Source of the DNA: Trichoplax adhaerens
Lineage: Eukaryota; Animalia; Placozoa
Direction: 5' to 3'
Length of the DNA: 64,000 nt
NCBI RefSeq assembly: GCF_000150275.1
Contig: NW_002060948.1
Coordinates: forward strand, 310,001 to 374,000
Positions 44,720 through 58,000 of this stretch are shown one piece after another; the stretch's first letter is position 1; every line of letters starts with the position of its first letter. The notes below the pieces were generated by a model. That model had not been told where the DNA came from. It searched no databases and saw only the letters and a program-made list of their open reading frames with translations. The position numbers and the translations under genes are program-made.

Positions 44720-45160
44720 AGATTAGGGTTACATAATCTTTTGCAATATATCGATCATACTGTATATTGGATATAATCAATACTTGTCTATTTGATTCGA
44801 AATTTAAAAAATCAATTATCACTTTAAAGCCTTGGTTCGAGGCGTGAAATATAATCTATAATGTGATAGTGTATCAGGGTTATATTAACTTTAACAATCA
44901 TCGATCATACTGTACATTGGAAATAATTGATATTTATCCATTTAATTCGAAATTAAAAAGTCAACCGTTATCTTATAGCCTACTTAGAGACGTGAAATAT
45001 AATCTGTAATGTGATAGAGGATCAGGGTTATAGTAATTTTTGCAATACATCGATCATACGGGATATTGGATATAAATGATATTTATCCATTTGATTCAAA
45101 ATTTAAAAAACTCTACTATTACCTTAAAGTCCTGGCTAGAGGCGTGAAATATAATCTGTA
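44720..45160. repeat. Tandem array, 3 x ~148 bp
   Basis: agggtta...tcgatcatac...attgga...cgtgaaatataatct occurs three times. Confidence 0.9.
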
Positions 45161-45749
45161 ACCGCTGATATAGGTACGTATAAATAGTAAGATAATTTTT
45201 TGATATAATGTTGAATGTTGTTCTATTAACTAATCGTTGACTTTCAATGATTCTTTAACTACAACCAATCCCGTTAAAATTCTCTTTTAGCATGTATTGT
45301 ATTATATCCATTAATTAATATAAGATTTTTTTAGTACTATCTCCTTTGCAATCAAGATAAGTACTGAGAGCCTATGTAAGTACATTATAAATTATTACAG
45401 CATATAATATTACTATAACCATCGGAAATATCTTATCAAATCCTCTATTTTGGTAATTAAAATAGCGCAAACTCAACGTTAGTGTTTTTCTTAATATTTA
45501 TCGGCATTCATTACATAGATTGTAAGTTTTAAATTAATCTGTGACAAGGAAAAATGTTACTGTAATAATTTCAACTTTGAGCAGTAGCAACTGCAATCAA
45601 AGTTTTTGTATCGTTTTCAGCTAACACAAATAGCAATGTCTTCTAGCTTTAAGACTTAATAGATTTCATAAGAATCTACAATGAAATGACTTACAAACTT
45701 TTAATTTTGTATTATACATGTAGAACACCAACTATCTAAGCAGTCATGG

Positions 45750-46172
45750 GAATCTCCTATCAAAATAACATTCGAGAAAATTGAGCTAATCTTGCCTAAT
45801 GATGATAACATTAATTTCCCGATTTTAAAACTGTTAAATATGACATTCCTTGTCAAAATCAGTAATACTCTATTAACCTGTGCATAGGTATAGATTTTAA
45901 ACGTCAAGATAAACTTAATAGATGCAATACAAATCTAAGATAAAATATCTTGTGAACTTTTAAGTTTGAATTATATACGTGGGATATCAACTATCAAAGC
46001 AATCACAGATATCTCTCATCAAAACAAAAATCGAAAAATTGAGCTAAATCTTGTCTAACGAAGATCATACCTCTTTCCCTAATTTTAAAATTGTATAATA
46101 TGAAATTCCTTGCCAAAATCAGTAAAACTCTCCATAACCGTATCTGTATATAGGTGTAGATCATAAAGGTCA
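45750..46172. repeat. Tandem duplication, ~260 bp period
   Basis: aaaattgagcta...ttttaaaa...atatga.attccttg.caaaatcagtaa...ataggt.tagat...gtcaag occurs twice. Confidence 0.85.
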
Positions 46173-46930
46173 AGTTTATTTTGATGTCGATTTGAAATTC
46201 ACAAGAAACTGCAGTTCTTGTTTTATTTTTTTAGAGAAAACATTTTATCACATACAGTTATGCATGAGCACAACTTTATTGAACTAGTTAAGCATCAAAG
46301 CACTCTCTATCCAACTCGATGCTGTAAAACGAATACACATCTTATATATGCTATCTCTAAATCCATATTAATCTACATAGTACCATGCTAGGCTACAGTA
46401 CTACATCTTAGTATCACGGTAGCACTACATATTAATTATGTATAAATATACGCATCATAGATAGATAGATAGATATCCAATTAGTTATACTATGACGATC
46501 ACAACTACATATTAATAAACTAGATGTAGATTTTAATAGTATTATTGACTACAAGTACTAAGGATTTTACAGTACCAGAATGACTAAAGTATACAATACT
46601 GTATAACAATTGAATATATAGTAAGCTGAACTACAGTATAGTAACTAACTAGAAAGAGTTTAGATATTTTTAGACGACATTAGTTTTACACATTTTGAAC
46701 TAGGACTATAGCTAGAAAGATTTTACATGTCTTGATAGGACGTCTGGTATATATAATTTGGTAGAAATTTATATTGGCCGATTGCACCCTGTACAGTAGG
46801 AGGTATTAGAGTCAATACGAATAGACCACTGTAAAATCCAGTTTTACTTCCAAAATAGCAGGGTGCTAATTCGATCAACCTCTTCAATTATCTATATATA
46901 AGCTGAGCTGTTGATACATTTCCTATCTCG

Positions 46931-49900
46931 ATGGAGAAGAATCAATCTTGTATTATTGGAGTCGATGTCGGTGGAACGAATACCGATGCAGTTATTATTC
47001 GAGAAGGAAATGTTTTTGCATGGGCTAAAAGTCCGACTTCCGATAATGTCACTACTGGTGTCATCAACGCAATTACAACATGCATCAATAAGGCTCAGGA
47101 TAAACTAACAGACATCGCCTTGACAAATTCTATCTGCAGGATTAATATTGGCACTACTCATTTTATTAATGCTGTTATACAACGTCGATCGTTAGCAAAA
47201 GTTGCTATTATCAGGCTGTGTCGGCCAGCTTCGACAACTCTACCCCCATTTTCAGGTAAGCTACTCACTTGATTTGTCAGTGTTGTAATGTTCAAATTTG
47301 CCTAGTTAATTCCCCTCCTTGGCTTACAACCATCAAATTTATTCCGTGGAATAGACAGTTATGGAAATACTTTTAGTTCAATTGGTGGAATAGATGTCGC
47401 AACTATTTTTCTTGTTGCTCTTAGTCCTAGTATTAAATTTAAACAGAAAAGGAAAATCAACTTTTGACGATCATGCAATGCTACATTCATGGATCGTTTG
47501 AACCATGCACTACTAGAGGCACCGGTATATCTAATAGTCCATGATTTGAACAACCACTATCCGCAGCATAAATGCGACTAATCAATTTGTCCAGAAATTG
47601 AATACTGAGCTCAATCTATTCTAATAGATTGTCCTAATACTCATTTCGCTAATAACTTTACTTAATAATTTACAGAAGTTGCTGTTGACAGAAAATACTC
47701 GCTATTATTTGTTACTATATTGCTACGAAACTTTTTTGTATTACATGTATAACAACTCACTACCTACATGCTCCTACTCCACAATCGTTGCTCAGTCTAA
47801 ATTCAAAATATACTATAATGGAAATTTTTTAACCGTATGTCAATCTAAGCTTACGCTAACAAGCCTACCTGATTCCAATGCATGTCTAACGCAGCTCTTT
47901 CTCTGTCAAATATCACCCTGTCTTATAATCAACAGTAATTCGTTGAGCACACTCTCAGAGCTATAGCATAACTTGTTAGATAAATGTACAGTATAATTAA
48001 GGCAATCTATCATGCTACTCCCTTTAGATACTAATTACAGACTTTAGATCTTGACTACAAAACTCAAATAGTCATTATTGTGTAGTAGAATATACTGTCC
48101 AAAATTTCAAAATGTCGTATTACTTGATAACCTAATCCAGTCTGTGATTAAATATCAACAGAATTTCCTCAAGATTTAGAAGCTTGTATCAATGGTGGCA
48201 TTTACATGGTGAAAGGTGGCTATGAATTTGATGGAAGAGCCATCTCAGAAATTGATACTGATGAAATTAAACATTGCATACAAGATATCATGGATCACAA
48301 TATCAGAAATATCGTTGTATCTGGTGTTTTTTCGCCTGTCAATCCACAACAAGAAAAAGATTGTGCATCAATTATTCATCAAATTTTTCCACATTGCAGC
48401 ATTACAATGTCACATACTATTGGCCATATTAGCATTCTAGAAAGAGAGAATGCTGCTATCTTAAACGAAAGTTTAAAACCTCTATGTTATCATACAATTA
48501 ATGCATTCCGCCAAGCACTATCCGACCTTAACTTTCAATGTCCATTCTATTTAACACAAAATGATGGCACATTAATTAGGTATTACAAAAAGTGATTTTA
48601 TTTCTTCATTCAACACATTAAATGCAATAAATATTCACCTATCGCGTTATTACTTTTTTACCCATAGCTCTAAACAAGCAATTCAATTTCCGGTTCTTAC
48701 GTTCGCATCTGGATCTACTAATAGTATGCGAGGAGCTGTTTATCTGTCAGGTGTTAAAGATGCAATTGTTATCGATATTGGAGGTACATCTGCAGATGTT
48801 GGTACCATCGTCAAAGGATTTCCTAGAGAAGCTTCCACACGTATCCAGGTACCGCATTAGACATCTATATTATCATCATGATTGCAGCTATCATAAGGCT
48901 TCAATTTAAGTTACAGTATTCTTATTCAATGATATTCAGGTAGGTGGTGTTAAGACTAACTTTCGCTTACCTGATGTGCTAAGTATTGCACTCGGCGGTG
49001 GCTCCATCGTGAAACAAGAGAATCAGCACATTACCATTGGACCCGTTAGTGTTGGTTTTCAGTTATTACAGAAAGCGCTAGTCTTCGGTGGTGATACTTT
49101 AACTACATCTGATATTGCTGTAGCTGCTGGCTTAGTCGATATGGGCGAGAAATCACGAGTTTCTCACTTGCAGCCAGAACTGATACAAAAAGCAATGAAT
49201 CAAATGAAAATGATGCTAGAGAATGCTATTGATCAAGTCAAGGTAATAACGATCTATCCTGAAAAATGCAAAATTATTGAATTCGATAAACGTTATTGAC
49301 ACAGTTTGCAAATTTTTAATCTGTTGTAGATCAGTGTGAGCGATGTTCCCTTGATACTGGTTGGTGGTGGTAGTGTCCTAGTTAATAGTAAAGATACGAT
49401 TCAAGGAGCATCAACGGTTAAACTACCACCATATTACTATGTAAGATGATATTTTATATACAGTACGTGTATACTTCATGAAGAGCTAATGTCCTAAGCC
49501 TATTTTAAAAGAACCTATACTAAAATAGAGAGCTAGATTACATATATATCTTCATAGAAAATGATTTAATTGATCATTATCCATATAAAAATTAGGTAGC
49601 AAATGCTGTTGGTGCAGCTCTTAGTCAAATCAGTGGTTCTATCGATCAAGTCGTTGACTTAGAATCTGTAGAAAGAGACGAAGCCATAGAGCAATGTAAA
49701 TCTCAAGCGATTTCATTTGCTGTCAATAATGGAGCTGATCCTAGCGCTGTCGAAGTGGTTGAAGTTACCGAGCTACCGGTAACTTATGTAGCCGGTAAAG
49801 CTTTAAGAATAAAAATTAAAGCTGTGGGTGACTTATTATTAACCGATACAGATAAATTATCAAACGCACAACCAACCTCAGAAGGTATGCAAGTCTTCAA

Positions 49901-52091
49901 ATTTCTTCAGACTTGAATTCTAGTTTATGCTTATTCTTTAACACGTCCACCAACTGTATCTATTTACATCGTTTGCACTATTCGTATGATTGAAGTATAG
50001 CATTCTTGCTATCCATTGCTGACTGATAAATAACGTATTTTCCATAGATGAAGTTGCTACACAGATACCTTATGAAATATATGATGAAATTTACAAGAAT
50101 CTTTCTACCGAAAAGAGCGCAAGTATGAAAGATAGCGAAATGGAATCCGAGCTAACCATGAAGCCACCGACAATTGATCCTAGCACCGGAGAATGGCTAT
50201 TAAATGAATGGGATATTGAGTGTATTTCTATCGGCGCTGGAATACTTGGTTGCGGTGGCGGTGGTAGCCCTTACATCGGTCGGTTGCGAGCTAAAAGGGC
50301 ATTAAAAGAAGGGAAAAAAATTCGGGTTATTAACGCACATAGGTAAAATGATTGTAATCTGGCCACTTTCTTAATTTATCTTATACATTATTACAACAAA
50401 TACATTAACTTATCTAGGTAAGTTATTGTAAATAAGCTAGAATGGGAACTACATGAACATGATTGACTATACACCGCTAAAGAAAATGCCAAAATATTGT
50501 TGGTAGCAACATTTTTGATGCCTCTATCATTACTGTATTTTGTAGACTAGGTTCAATAACTAATCAATCAGGATATGCAGTCACAGTTGCATTTATGGGT
50601 GCTCCACTAATTGAGTTAGAGAAACTATCATCTGGAGATGAAACGAAGAATGCATTATTAGGTGTTGAAACTTTGTTAAAAGCAAACCTAATACCTGATA
50701 GAAATTGTAAGTCGCTTGATACTTGCTACACTATAGAAAATAATTAACAAAAAAATTGTAAGTTATAGAGATAATAAGTGTATTATTAAAATAGTTAATC
50801 TAGAAGAAGTGGAAGAGTTTGCAATTAAAGATGAAGATAATATCCAATCGCTAAATAACTTAGCTGCTGTCAAAGCAGCACAGAAGAACGTAAAGAGTAA
50901 AGTGGAAATTGCTGCTCTATTATGCGCGGAAATTGGTGGATGCAATGCTATCGAGCCCCTTATTTTAGGTATTTTGGAAGCTGTCTATAATAATAACTAG
51001 AATAGCTTTAGAGTGCACTGCATCAAGCTGATAAAGGTAATATATTTATCACAGGAGCTAATCTCGATAAGCCAATTGTTGATGCCGATGGCATGGGAAG
51101 AGCATTTCCCGAATTGCAAATGTTCACACCAACAATTTATGGAGAAAATTCTTGTCCATGCTGCTTGGCAGATTGCAAAGGTAACAACGCGATATCATTA
51201 TCGTGTAGATCAGCAAAAGACTTGGAAAATTTTATGAGGAAGCATGTAATTCAAATGGGGTGAGTCTATTTGAAATTCGATGACAAGGCGTATAGCCATT
51301 GCTATAAATTCTTATCTTGATAACTAATAAACGAGACCATTAACCAAGAATTATTATATAACAAGATGTTATTCAGGTCTAGCATTTTGCCCTATGAAAC
51401 CTTCAGAAGTCCTAAGTAAATGTATACTAGGTTCCATTAGTAGAAGCCACAGGTTAGGAGAAGCTGTACTGACAGCGAGGAAAAATGCTTCATCTCCAGT
51501 CGATGCCATTCTAGAAAAAGAAGCCGGCAGATTACTCATTACCGGAAAGGTATATAGTTTAGATTAGTAAAATGGATTGGCTAATTATTCTTGGCCAAAG
51601 TATTGCATAGTATGATTACTAGATTTACCCTATTCAACTTTTTTTCATCTCTTGTTCTATATTTCCATTTCTGGCATGGATCGAATAACTGTTAGGTCTG
51701 CGATGTTAATCGGATGATTAGTGGTGGGTTTATTACAGGACTAATTAAAATTCAAGGTTTTACGCAATGCGAGAAATTGGATGTCGAAATTGAGTTTCAA
51801 AATGAGAATTTATTAGCAAGATCGATCTCGGCAGGAAATAAAGCTCAAATTCTTGCTTGTGTACCAGATTTAATCTCTATTGTCGATTCCGATACTGGTG
51901 AACCTATCACAACCGATAATATTAAATATGGTCTTCGAGTTTCCGTTATGGCGATACCATGTGCATCATTACTAAGGAAGCCCGAAGCACTAAAAGTTGT
52001 TGGGCCGCAAGCATTTGGATATGACCAATCTGTTCAATATCAACCTATGCCTGAAATGATAGAAACACCTCGTATTCTACCTCTTCCTTAA
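46931..52091 (+). CDS. Hydantoinase/oxoprolinase A-type ATPase domain fused to C-terminal DUF917, ~1013 aa. Exons 46931-47255, 48162-48579, 48668-48848, 48940-49242, 49330-49440, 49596-49884, 50048-50342, 50546-50706, 50795-50968, 51055-51259, 51366-51549, 51696-52091
   Basis: HyuA motifs: IGVDVGGTNTDAV, IGTTHFINAV, GGYEFDG, LERENAAILN, QNDGT, FASGSTNSMRGA, VIDIGGTSADVG, VANAVGAA. DUF917 motifs: GAGILGCGGGGSPY, MGAP, EIGGCNAIEP, VDADGMGRAFPELQM, FQNENL, VPDLI, YGLRV, VGPQAFG. The 12 exons sum to 3042 nt in frame with GT-AG introns. Confidence 0.92.
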
Positions 52092-52107
52092 AAAATCAAA
52101 TTGAAGG

Positions 52108-52330
52108 ATATTTTCCGATGTGTCGAGTTGATAGTCTTAAAGTAAAGCAAAGAATGACTACTTTGATAAAGGATGTTTTAGAATTTCAATCTTTTGAGAG
52201 TAAAACTGAAACGATATTTTCCGATGAGTTTCATAACTACTCTACCGTAGAGTTGATAGTCTTGATTCATTAGTGAAGTAAAGAAGGACCGTTTTTATAA
52301 AGGATATTGAAGAATTTCAATTTTTTGAAG
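52108..52330. repeat. Tandem duplication in the 3' flank of the hydantoinase-DUF917 gene
   Basis: ttttccgatg...gagttgatagtctt...ataaaggat...agaatttcaat occurs twice. Confidence 0.8.
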
Positions 52331-53295
52331 ATGACTCGCTTTTTTATCATAAATCTCGAGTTTTGATTTAATACTAAATAGTTCCAATATATTTCATGTA
52401 CTTATTTGTATCAAAATGAACTTAGGAAAAATTTTGCCTGGATTATTTTGTATTTAAATTACGCTGTAATCGGGTCTCCCCTAGCAACCTATTTCACTTG
52501 CTCGAGGCTGTCAGTAATTGTAATTTCTCGTCTATATTTAAAATGAATACTTCTTAATTTAGAGTTCTACGCTAAAGGATAAGGGATTGATTTAATACCA
52601 ATCAGTGCGTATTAGTCATCCATGAGAGTTTTCATTACGATTGATAGAGCAAACTATTAGTCTAATCGCGCTGTATATCGCATTACAGAAGGAAATAGAA
52701 TAACATGTTAAACACTATTATAGCCTAGCCAATTGCACTGTATTTCTTTTATCCCAGAAACCATATTAAATCTTTTGACAATTTTGAAGATATAGATAAT
52801 AATTGAATAATATGATACAAATTGTGTCCGTCTATATAGAAATATTTTTACTAGCAATGCAATATAGAATTTTATGATTCTTATGCCTTGATACCTTGAT
52901 GAAATAAAATAAAAGGTTAGCACCAATCACTGAGAATGAAATCAACACTTCGTAACCTGATTACTAAGTTGGTATTATGGACCTGTTTTACAGTTAAGAA
53001 GAAAAAACGAATTTCTCAATCATTCTATGACAAGTAAATCTGCGTCAATTTTCCATTGGTTACGTTTTAAAATTTGTAGAGATTGCCAATTTCTCTACTA
53101 ACAATAAATCGACAACTTTAATATTAAAGGACCTGCTACTGTTGTGATGTTTCACTAAAATTGGAACAATCTCTACACACCTGGAGAGCGATATATGCGC
53201 CAGCATATTGCTGCATGTAGCACTAAATGCAAACTATAAATAATGTATTATCCGATTATTTTTAGCCGTTCATCAATATTAGGAGCTATGCTATA

Positions 53296-53337
53296 TATAT
53301 GAACGTGACCGTATGCGAAATCGGTCACGTTCATATA
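53296..53337. mobile_element. Minimal TIR-only transposon derivative / hairpin (16 bp stem, 10 nt loop)
   Basis: tatatgaacgtgaccg-tatgcgaaat-cggtcacgttcatata. The same TIR sequence occurs at 34081-34112. Confidence 0.6.
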
Positions 53338-55010
53338 AATTGTGTAAAGGTATTGCTGCAATTTTTACATTATTTAGCTGTCTATAAAATGTAATATCTC
53401 TGTCAGCGAAGCGATAGGATGCTAAGTTGGTTCTTAACTATTTCTCTTAGTTCTACTGGAGTAGTACCGTAATTGATAATTATTTTGAATAAAGCCAAAG
53501 TAGCTTAAATTGCGAAATTTACTTCTACGAACTTATACTCGCACGATAGTGTCATAGTGCTAGAGTAACGTCAAAGTTAAAGTATGTATTAATTATGTGT
53601 ACAGACTTCATTTAATTTATGAACGTGAATCCGTAGTTCTATTTTAGGTAAAAGATTGTAGAAAGGCCAATAATATAATTGGTCATAGTGAACTATTTGC
53701 ATTAGAATCTACTGTAACCGTAGAAGTTAATTATTGTTCTAATATTGGCAATCATGAATTTAAACTTATTAGACTTACTCGTATAAAAAGTAAATACTAC
53801 AGTAAGTTCTACAGTATTTTGCGAAGAGCCTGATGCTCCTCGAGTTATTCATAGGCGATTATCGTAGGATATGCGTAAATCAACTATTTTCAGATTCAAT
53901 TTCCTATGCTGAAATCTAATAGAAATTTTGTTAATATTTTCGTAGATGTAATCTAAACTTAATTTACAAGACTAGACTATTAAATACGTCATTTTATATT
54001 ACAAGATAGAAATATTGGCATAGAAGTAATATTAAATGGTATCATTTTATATTAATTAAAGATGAAAATCTTGCTATAGAAGTAACATCCAATGGCATTG
54101 TTTTCCACTGCAAATATAAACTCTCTAGAGGAATTACAACCAATGATAGCAATTCAATTATAACCAGCTTGATATTAAGAGTATCACTGTAATCTATTTC
54201 TTATCATGAATAGGGTAATTGTAAGTACTTTTCGTGCATCTAATATATCTTTATCATTGCCAAGAGCTATTTTACTAGGCCCAATTATAATATTACATCG
54301 CGTTTGGGGCGCGTGCTTGCATTAAATTGCTTCTTTGTAATGTGAATTAAGTCAATAATCTATTTATCAAGTATATTGACAAGAAAGAATCACTTTAACA
54401 CCGCTATTATCCAGCAAAGCAAGCAAATCTATGTCAATATTGAAATCGCCGATCAATCTTCTTTTATCGGCATAAAAATAATGGACAATCCAATCTTCTT
54501 CATTCAGCCATGACGAAAGGCTTCAAGAAAACGTGTATTCCTTGCTTACTTTACACCGCGATATACTTCAATTTTAATCAATTCACGAAATCTGTACCGA
54601 GATTTTTACAGTATTTCAATAATTCAATAAGTAACATCTATTACCAGCCGATAAAATCATCAAGAGAACTGCCGATTTTTATCCGATAGATTACTGATAC
54701 AGGTAAATTATAGGAATAGGATAAGGTGCTCCGAATAAAATAAATATCCTATAAGCAGTTAATTATTACGTAATGAATTGATGTCCATATTAACAAATTT
54801 GCTTGCTTGCTATTGATGCATTTTTAATATTATTCCATTAATATTATTTACTTAATGAATTCAATCATCGTTTCTTGCGATTATTTTCCGCGTCATGGCC
54901 TTGAACTATGACTCGCTATGTAAAAAATACAAATTATATCAATATTGAAGACAGTTCTAATCCAAGACTAGATCCATTATGCCAATCTCGTCAGTAACAA
55001 GATCATAAAG

Positions 55011-58000
55011 ATGCCAATGCCAATTAAGCTCAAGAAGCCTAAAGCTTCCACTGACTTAGAAGAGGTCAATTAGAATCAGTGATGTTCAATTATAGATTAG
55101 CCTTCAATTGTAGAATAATATAAAAATAAAAATAAATGCTAATCTCTCTAGTCAGAAGAGTTCATCTAGTGATGGTAATTTTAACTTAAAATTGGATGGA
55201 TCCAACTGCATATCATACGATGTTGCTCTATTCCTAACAGAAAATCAATAACAAAGTCGAATCGATCTACCAAGCGGCTAAAAGTCATAATTTACCTCGA
55301 TTGAAAAAATATGAAAACGATGTTAACATCAAAAGCTACAACTATAAAGAAATCAATGGCCATGAAGTGAGTACTACAGTAATTTCTTCCTTAGCAAAAT
55401 CCTACTCTTGTTTTTATTTTGATTATAATCAACGGATTGAATCGAAATATAGTCTGATGTAAATTGTCATATCTAAACAAGCCTATCAACGATGACCTAA
55501 ATCGATTACATTGCTTATAAGTTCAGTCATTAAATTCGATCATGAAAAATGATCAATTTATTATCTCAGTTCTATCGTAAATCTACTACTGCACCACCAA
55601 ACTAAATTATAACCTAAATCGGACAAGTAAAGTTGTTGACATTTCATCTATAGTCTGTTTCCATCGAAAATATTTACATCGGCGACGCTACCTTCATAAT
55701 TAATAATAGAAACTATCGAAAGTTTTATAACCTTACTAATCAGATTATTTCCATATAATATTTTTACGTCAATTAGAATTTATTTCTTCCATTAATAACT
55801 TAGTTTAAAGCTTATTTCTTTCCAGTTATGAAATAATGTCGTTTAAGCCAAATAAATTTCTACTATCAGTAAATAACATTACTCTATAATTTATACCCTT
55901 TTGTTATCCCTCAGTTAGTAAGGAAAGTTCTTTTTCTTTCAATGAGATTAAAAATCTTTCATTAGCTAGACTAGATCTTTTCTACCGATAAATGTAGATT
56001 ATTGACTGTTTCTTTTTCTCATAAAAGTTATAAAATAATACTGTTGAGTCAACTTAAGTTGATTTAACTAGATCTCTTTAACTGGTAAATAAAGTTTGTT
56101 TGATAATTCTTCTCCTTTTAAAATGTTTGCAAGTAACCTCATTGAGCTAGTTTAAATTGACTTCTTTTATATGAATCAACATTCGCCTTAATTATGAAAT
56201 TATATTCTTTATATCGATTGAAATCGATCACTTTCATCCGTAACTAAAAATTTATAGGTATCTTATTTCCTTTTAATAATTATAAAGTAATACTACTTTC
56301 TCAAATGATACTTGATGTACTTCGATTCTATGCTTTCATACACTCCATAAAATCTCTATATGTCAGACATAAGTGCTATTAACAGCATTTCCTCTAGTAG
56401 CGAATACCTTCTTGTCAATTATTCATTTAATTATGATCATTAGAAGCAGTGTATAGGCTAATTTTCATTTAATAAATATTTAATAGCAAGCTCGCTTAAG
56501 GAAATATTACGGAAATAGCAACAGCTAACTTATCCATGCAAATAAATCCCGTTTTGATGCGAAATACATATTACATGCACTACCGTACTAATTTATTCGA
56601 AACATAGGCTATCATCAGAGTATTGGTTCTGTCCATCTATAATTTAATCATAGAAACGAAAACATTAAATGGTAGACTAATCCACCCTTTAACTTAAATA
56701 ACATAACTTTCATCAACTAGTTCGCTTTTATTTGATCAATTAGATTGACGGTGGAACTCCATTACATTTTGCTTGTGCTGATGGAGACGTCGATGCAATT
56801 CAGTTACTACTTTGCCACGGAGCTAATCCTTACTTGTTACAATATGAGGTAAGCTGATTTTACTGCTTAGAAATAAAATTAAATTAATATTTCCTATGGA
56901 ATAAGAGGATTGCATGATCTATCAGAATTGTTTTCATGCGCATTTCTATAAACTGAAATTAATAGTGTACAATTTACTAATATCTGATAGCTGTAATTAT
57001 CTTGACCTGATTTCTAATATATGTATATACATAAGACTAACAACAAGCTTTGAATCCATAAAGGAAAGTAGTATAGTTATATCTTATTGTAGAGGATAAA
57101 ACAATTATATCATGCATGTTATACACAAATACTCATCAAGATAGATATATCAGTTATTGGATTGCTTAGTTGCTACTCTATAAACTGAGACCTATAGTAC
57201 ATCAATCCATCGCCATTTAATGATATAAAATTAAGAAATTAATAACTTTGATATTATTTCCAATATGAATAAGATTATCTGATATAGAGTTACGTATCAA
57301 TAATGAAAGTTATTATACCTATTTATACCTTATTGCGGATAAAACAATGTCCTCATATAGGTAGTATATATTATCAAGATGGACAAATGAATAACAAACT
57401 CCATCCTTAGCCTGTAAGAAAATGAAATACATCTATTATATATCTTCAATGTCTTTCTAAATCTTTCAGAACGGTGGACTTGCACCTATCCATTTCGCAG
57501 CTCAAGATAACCACTTAGAATGCATTAAAACATTATACCGACACCATCCGAATACCATTAATATTTCATCCTATGTAAGTTGCTATCCGTGTATATCATA
57601 AAAGTTCTTTTTATTTATTAATCTATCATTCAAATTTGAAACAGAGCCAAACTAACGCTGGTAAAATTTTAAATTACAGCAGTTATACTTGTCTTTATTG
57701 CACAACATTTGTAGATTTCACCTGCTAATTTGCTTCTTTATATCTCCAAACTGCTATTACTTCGCTTAAAAATCACCGTTGAATAATTTATTGCTATCTA
57801 AACCGATTTAATGTGGTAATAAATAAGATATTATTAATTAATGAATGAAAATAAATCATTAATTTCTCTTAGTTGAAGGAGCAAGTGCTGCATATTGCAA
57901 CAAAGAATGGATACTCTGATATGACAAAATGGTTGATCGATCACGGTGCTGATATCAATCATCAAGATCATGTAAGTTATCATTAGCTACCGATCGAAAA

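Noticed and set aside
46931-52091. Bacterial contamination or endosymbiont origin of the hydantoinase-DUF917 sequence
   Set aside because: It has eleven phase-consistent GT-AG introns and host-like base composition, and it is embedded among animal genes.
52474-52488. X-box-like GTCTCC-CCT-AGCAAC
   Set aside because: It fits only the relaxed consensus, lies ~2.5 kb from the next ATG, and the downstream gene is not evidently ciliary.
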